Source: Octopus vulgaris
Lineage: Eukaryota
DNA length: 64,000 bases
Assembly: GCA_951406725.2 (NCBI GenBank)
Contig: OX597819.1
Span: 21,700,001 to 21,764,000 of the forward strand
Reading direction: 5' to 3'
Under the pieces are notes generated by a model. It was not told the origin of the DNA. It made no database searches and worked only from the letters and a program-made list of their open reading frames with translations. Positions 61,150-64,000 of the stretch are shown here, one piece after another. The translations under genes and the position numbers were made by a program. Position 1 is the first letter of the stretch. Each line of letters begins with the position of its first letter.

Positions 61150-63589
61150 TTTTTTTCTTCTTTCAAATTTGCTTCCATTTCTTGCCGAGTGCCTTCCCGA
61201 CTCCTAGGGCAAAGAAACTAATAGTATACATTGGTAGGCCATTAAACCAAACTCAGTAGTTCGTTCACTTTTTTTTTTAAAGTTAAATTAAAATACATGA
61301 GCAGCAACAGTTCTCACATCGACAATGCTCTTCTCAATACGTGTGATGTACCAGTTAAGACAATCTTTTGCACTTCTTGCAGGGATGGTAAGCCAGGGAT
61401 CATTCTCATATAATTTTCGGTTCCCTTCTTGATCATTCCTAGTGCTCCTACGATCACTGGTATTGTAACCGCCTTGAGATGCCACATTTTCTCAATTTCA
61501 ATGAGTAGGTCTTTATATTTTCTGAGCTTGTCAAACTCTTTCGCTGAGATATTATGATCACAGGGGATGCTCATGTCGATCAATAAGCAAACTTTATTGT
61601 TTTGGTCTTTCACAACAATATCTGGTTTATTGGCCTTGATGGTTCGGTCTGTATGTACTGGAAAGTCCCACAGAATGGTTACATTTTCTCCTTCAGTTAC
61701 AGCCTCAGGGTGGTGATTATACCACTTGTCGGCAGTTTTGATATTGTAATGCCGACTTATTAGCCAGTGGAGATATTGGCCAACTCTGTCATGTCTTAAT
61801 TTATACTCCACTGGTGCTAAGACTTTACATCCAGAGATTAGGTGGTCCACTGTTTTAATCATGTCGTTGCAGAATCGGCATTTTGGGTCTGCTCCATTTT
61901 TCATCACATTGGCCTGGTAGTTCCGGGTTAATAGGCTTTGATCTTGAGCAGCCAGGATGAAACCTTCGCTCTCTGCTTTTAGCCCTGAGCTCCGTAGCCA
62001 CTGATGGGTTTGCTTCTGGTCAACATCAGCTTGTTTGCTGCGGGTCACATATTTGCCGTGCAGAGATTTCTCCTCCCACCTATCAGCCAATTGCTCGTGC
62101 GCTTTTTTCATTGCCATCATTTTCACCTTCTTTGCAACAATAGTTGCCGTACTTCCCTCGGGTTGTTCAGTTTGGGTATCCTGCACGAGATCAAGAGCAA
62201 ATTTTTTGCTTTCCTTTATGATAGAGTGAAGCTTCTTTCGTCTCTCGTGATTTTCCACGAGCTTTAGCATCCAGTCATTCGATATTTCGAGATATTTGGC
62301 CAGTCCAATTGTGGTTGTTTTGTAAGCTAGTTCAAATTGGATCAGGCCTCGACCTCCTTGGGCTCTGGGAAGGTAAAGGCGATCTACGTCTGCCTTTGGG
62401 TGGTGCATCCTATTACAACTCAGCAGCTTGCGTATTTTTCTATCTATATTCTTTACTTCACTCATATTCCAGTTCAACACATTGTAGCTATAAGTAACAA
62501 CTGGAACTGCTAAGGGATTTATAGCTAACACCTTGTTACGTGCATTTAGTTCAGATTTCAGGACTGCACGAACTCTCCTATAACATTCCTTCCTGATTTT
62601 CTCTTTCATGCTTGAATGCTGAATACCAGAGCCTTCATTTATCCCTAAATATTTGTATGTTTGTTCTTGCTCAAGCTCTCTTATGACTGTGTCAACATCT
62701 AACACGACTGAATTTGTGATCTTCACTTTCCCTTTCTGGAAAGTGGCCTTGGCACACTTCTCAAGTCCAAACTCCATCCCGATGTCATCGCTGAATGCTT
62801 TCACGGTGCGCAATAGGCCTTCAAGTTCATTATTGTCTTTACCATAAAGTTTTAAGTCATCCATATAAAATAGATGGCTTATTTTTTTATTGGCAATCTT
62901 ATACCCATACCCTGTTCTGTTTAATTCACTTGTAAGGGGTATTAGGGCTATGCAGAATATTAAAGGTGAAAGTGAGTCACCTTGAAAAATTCCACAGTTG
63001 ATGTTTATATTTTCTGAGGCAAGTACTCCATTAGAGTGGTATAATTGGAGATTCGTATTCCACAACGACATATTGTGCTTCAGGAAGTTTGAAATCACAG
63101 GGGAAATTTTGAAGATGTCCAGCGATCTCAAGATCCATGGATGAGGTATACTGTCGAAGGCCTTTTTGTAGTCAATCCATGCGGTGCTGAGATTTCTGCG
63201 CTTGTTGTGACAGTTCTCAAGGATCATACGATTGATTAGCAGTTGATCTTTGCATCCGTAAGAGCCTCGGCGGCACCCTTTTTGTTCAATGGGGAAAATA
63301 TCGTTCTTCTTTAACGGTTACTTTCTCCTTCCCTATTTCTCTGTAGAGTTTTTTGGCATTGGATGTGAACAGCTTATTTTGCTTGTAAAACTTGTTTCTC
63401 TTCTCAAATCTTCGTATTCTTTGGGCTTTTGCTTGGACTTTTTGTTTCAGCGTTTCTTTTATTGATATCAGTTCTTCTCTTGGTGAGGATCCAAATTTTC
63501 TCTTCATCTTTCTTCCTGTTCTGGATCTTACATCATTTCCACATATTAGTTCATTTAATATTGATATTTCCCCTCTCATAAATTCAATC

Positions 63590-63590
<1 letters not shown>
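61150..63590 (-). mobile_element. R4/Dong family B retrotransposon, 5'-truncated with internal deletion, inserted in (TAA)n
   Basis: Long RT-RLE ORF, ~165-bp 3' UTR ending in A-rich sequence then (TAA)n; upstream ORF piece 63286-63579 is in another frame; (TTA/TTG)n at 63590-63720. Confidence 0.95.
61314..63227 (-). CDS. Partial reverse transcriptase / CCHC zinc knuckle / restriction-like endonuclease polyprotein (R4/Dong clade)
   Basis: WIDYKKAFDSIPH, GIFQGDSLSPLIF, HLFYMDDLKLY, YKYLG, CRFC-x8-H-x4-C, RHD, KPDIVV, LIDMSIP, KLRKY. The frame stays open upstream to about 63317 (KNDIFPIEQKGCRRGSYGCKDQL), so the Met is internal. Confidence 0.93.
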   Translation of the reverse strand: MILENCHNKRRNLSTAWIDYKKAFDSIPHPWILRSLDIFKISPVISNFLKHNMSLWNTNLQLYHSNGVLASENININCGIFQGDSLSPLIFCIALIPLTSELNRTGYGYKIANKKISHLFYMDDLKLYGKDNNELEGLLRTVKAFSDDIGMEFGLEKCAKATFQKGKVKITNSVVLDVDTVIRELEQEQTYKYLGINEGSGIQHSSMKEKIRKECYRRVRAVLKSELNARNKVLAINPLAVPVVTYSYNVLNWNMSEVKNIDRKIRKLLSCNRMHHPKADVDRLYLPRAQGGRGLIQFELAYKTTTIGLAKYLEISNDWMLKLVENHERRKKLHSIIKESKKFALDLVQDTQTEQPEGSTATIVAKKVKMMAMKKAHEQLADRWEEKSLHGKYVTRSKQADVDQKQTHQWLRSSGLKAESEGFILAAQDQSLLTRNYQANVMKNGADPKCRFCNDMIKTVDHLISGCKVLAPVEYKLRHDRVGQYLHWLISRHYNIKTADKWYNHHPEAVTEGENVTILWDFPVHTDRTIKANKPDIVVKDQNNKVCLLIDMSIPCDHNISAKEFDKLRKYKDLLIEIEKMWHLKAVTIPVIVGALGMIKKGTENYMRMIPGLPSLQEVQKIVLTGTSHVLRRALSM

Positions 63591-63629
<39 letters not shown>

Positions 63630-63651
63630 GTTGTTGTTGTTGTTGTTGTTG

Positions 63652-63698
<47 letters not shown>

Positions 63699-63720
63699 GT
63701 TATTATTATTGTTATTATTC

Positions 63721-63960
63721 ATTGTCTTTGCACAGCATCTAGTGCTGGTGATGTACTGCAGTGTCAGCTGTTCACTACTGGTGAACTAAGGTAATAACCC
63801 CTTATTTTTCGCGCCTAGTCGTAGTTTTATTGCCCTCGTTCACTGCACCATTGTCTGCAGCTCAAGTTAACTTGGGTATCTGCTCTGGTTTGTTCTGGTG
63901 GTGTTTCGTTTTCTACGGCGTTGGAAGTACTTTGCAATATGTGTACTGCCGAGCACATAT
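63721..63960 (-). mobile_element. R4/Dong family D 3' fragment
   Basis: 3' UTR matches 34220-34285; abuts (TTA)n. Confidence 0.65.
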
Positions 63961-64000
63961 CTGTACACATATCTGAGCTTACGTTCGAAGTTCAACTCTA

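Noticed and set aside
61314-63227. Intact autonomous or domesticated RT gene
   Set aside because: It lacks the N-terminus and early RT domains, starts at an internal Met, and sits in a typical (TAA)n insertion context.

Overview
AT-rich, microsatellite-dense eukaryotic non-coding DNA. The repeat content looks like an octopod cephalopod (Octopus-like); this is inferred from recalled SINE families and repeat landscape and was not checked. No host protein-coding gene can be confirmed, and nearly all ORF-track entries are translations of simple repeats. Real coding signal comes from mobile elements. (1) About a dozen minus-strand fragments of at least five families of R4/Dong-clade non-LTR retrotransposons (RT, CCHC knuckle, restriction-like endonuclease), stacked in (TAA)n arrays. 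The best copy has a 637-aa open frame at 61314-63227 but is 5'-truncated and internally deleted. (2) Remnants of a Penelope-like RT and an RTE-type LINE. (3) Three tRNA-derived SINE groups, labelled S1-S3 here, several with clean TSDs, including a dimer that moved as a unit twice. (4) A 411-bp TIR element with an 8-bp TSD. The most notable signal is a set of short elements, mostly beside (TA)n tracts and some fold-back, that carry type I hammerhead-ribozyme folds of the kind known from Penelope-like pseudo-LTRs, most with palindromic stem III. One sits in a 294-bp insertion with a 10-bp TSD and shows a G3-C8 swap of the conserved C3-G8 core pair. Another has a canonical core and an unusually long stem II. 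Family labels A-E and S1-S3 are local to this report, and boundaries of decayed copies are approximate.
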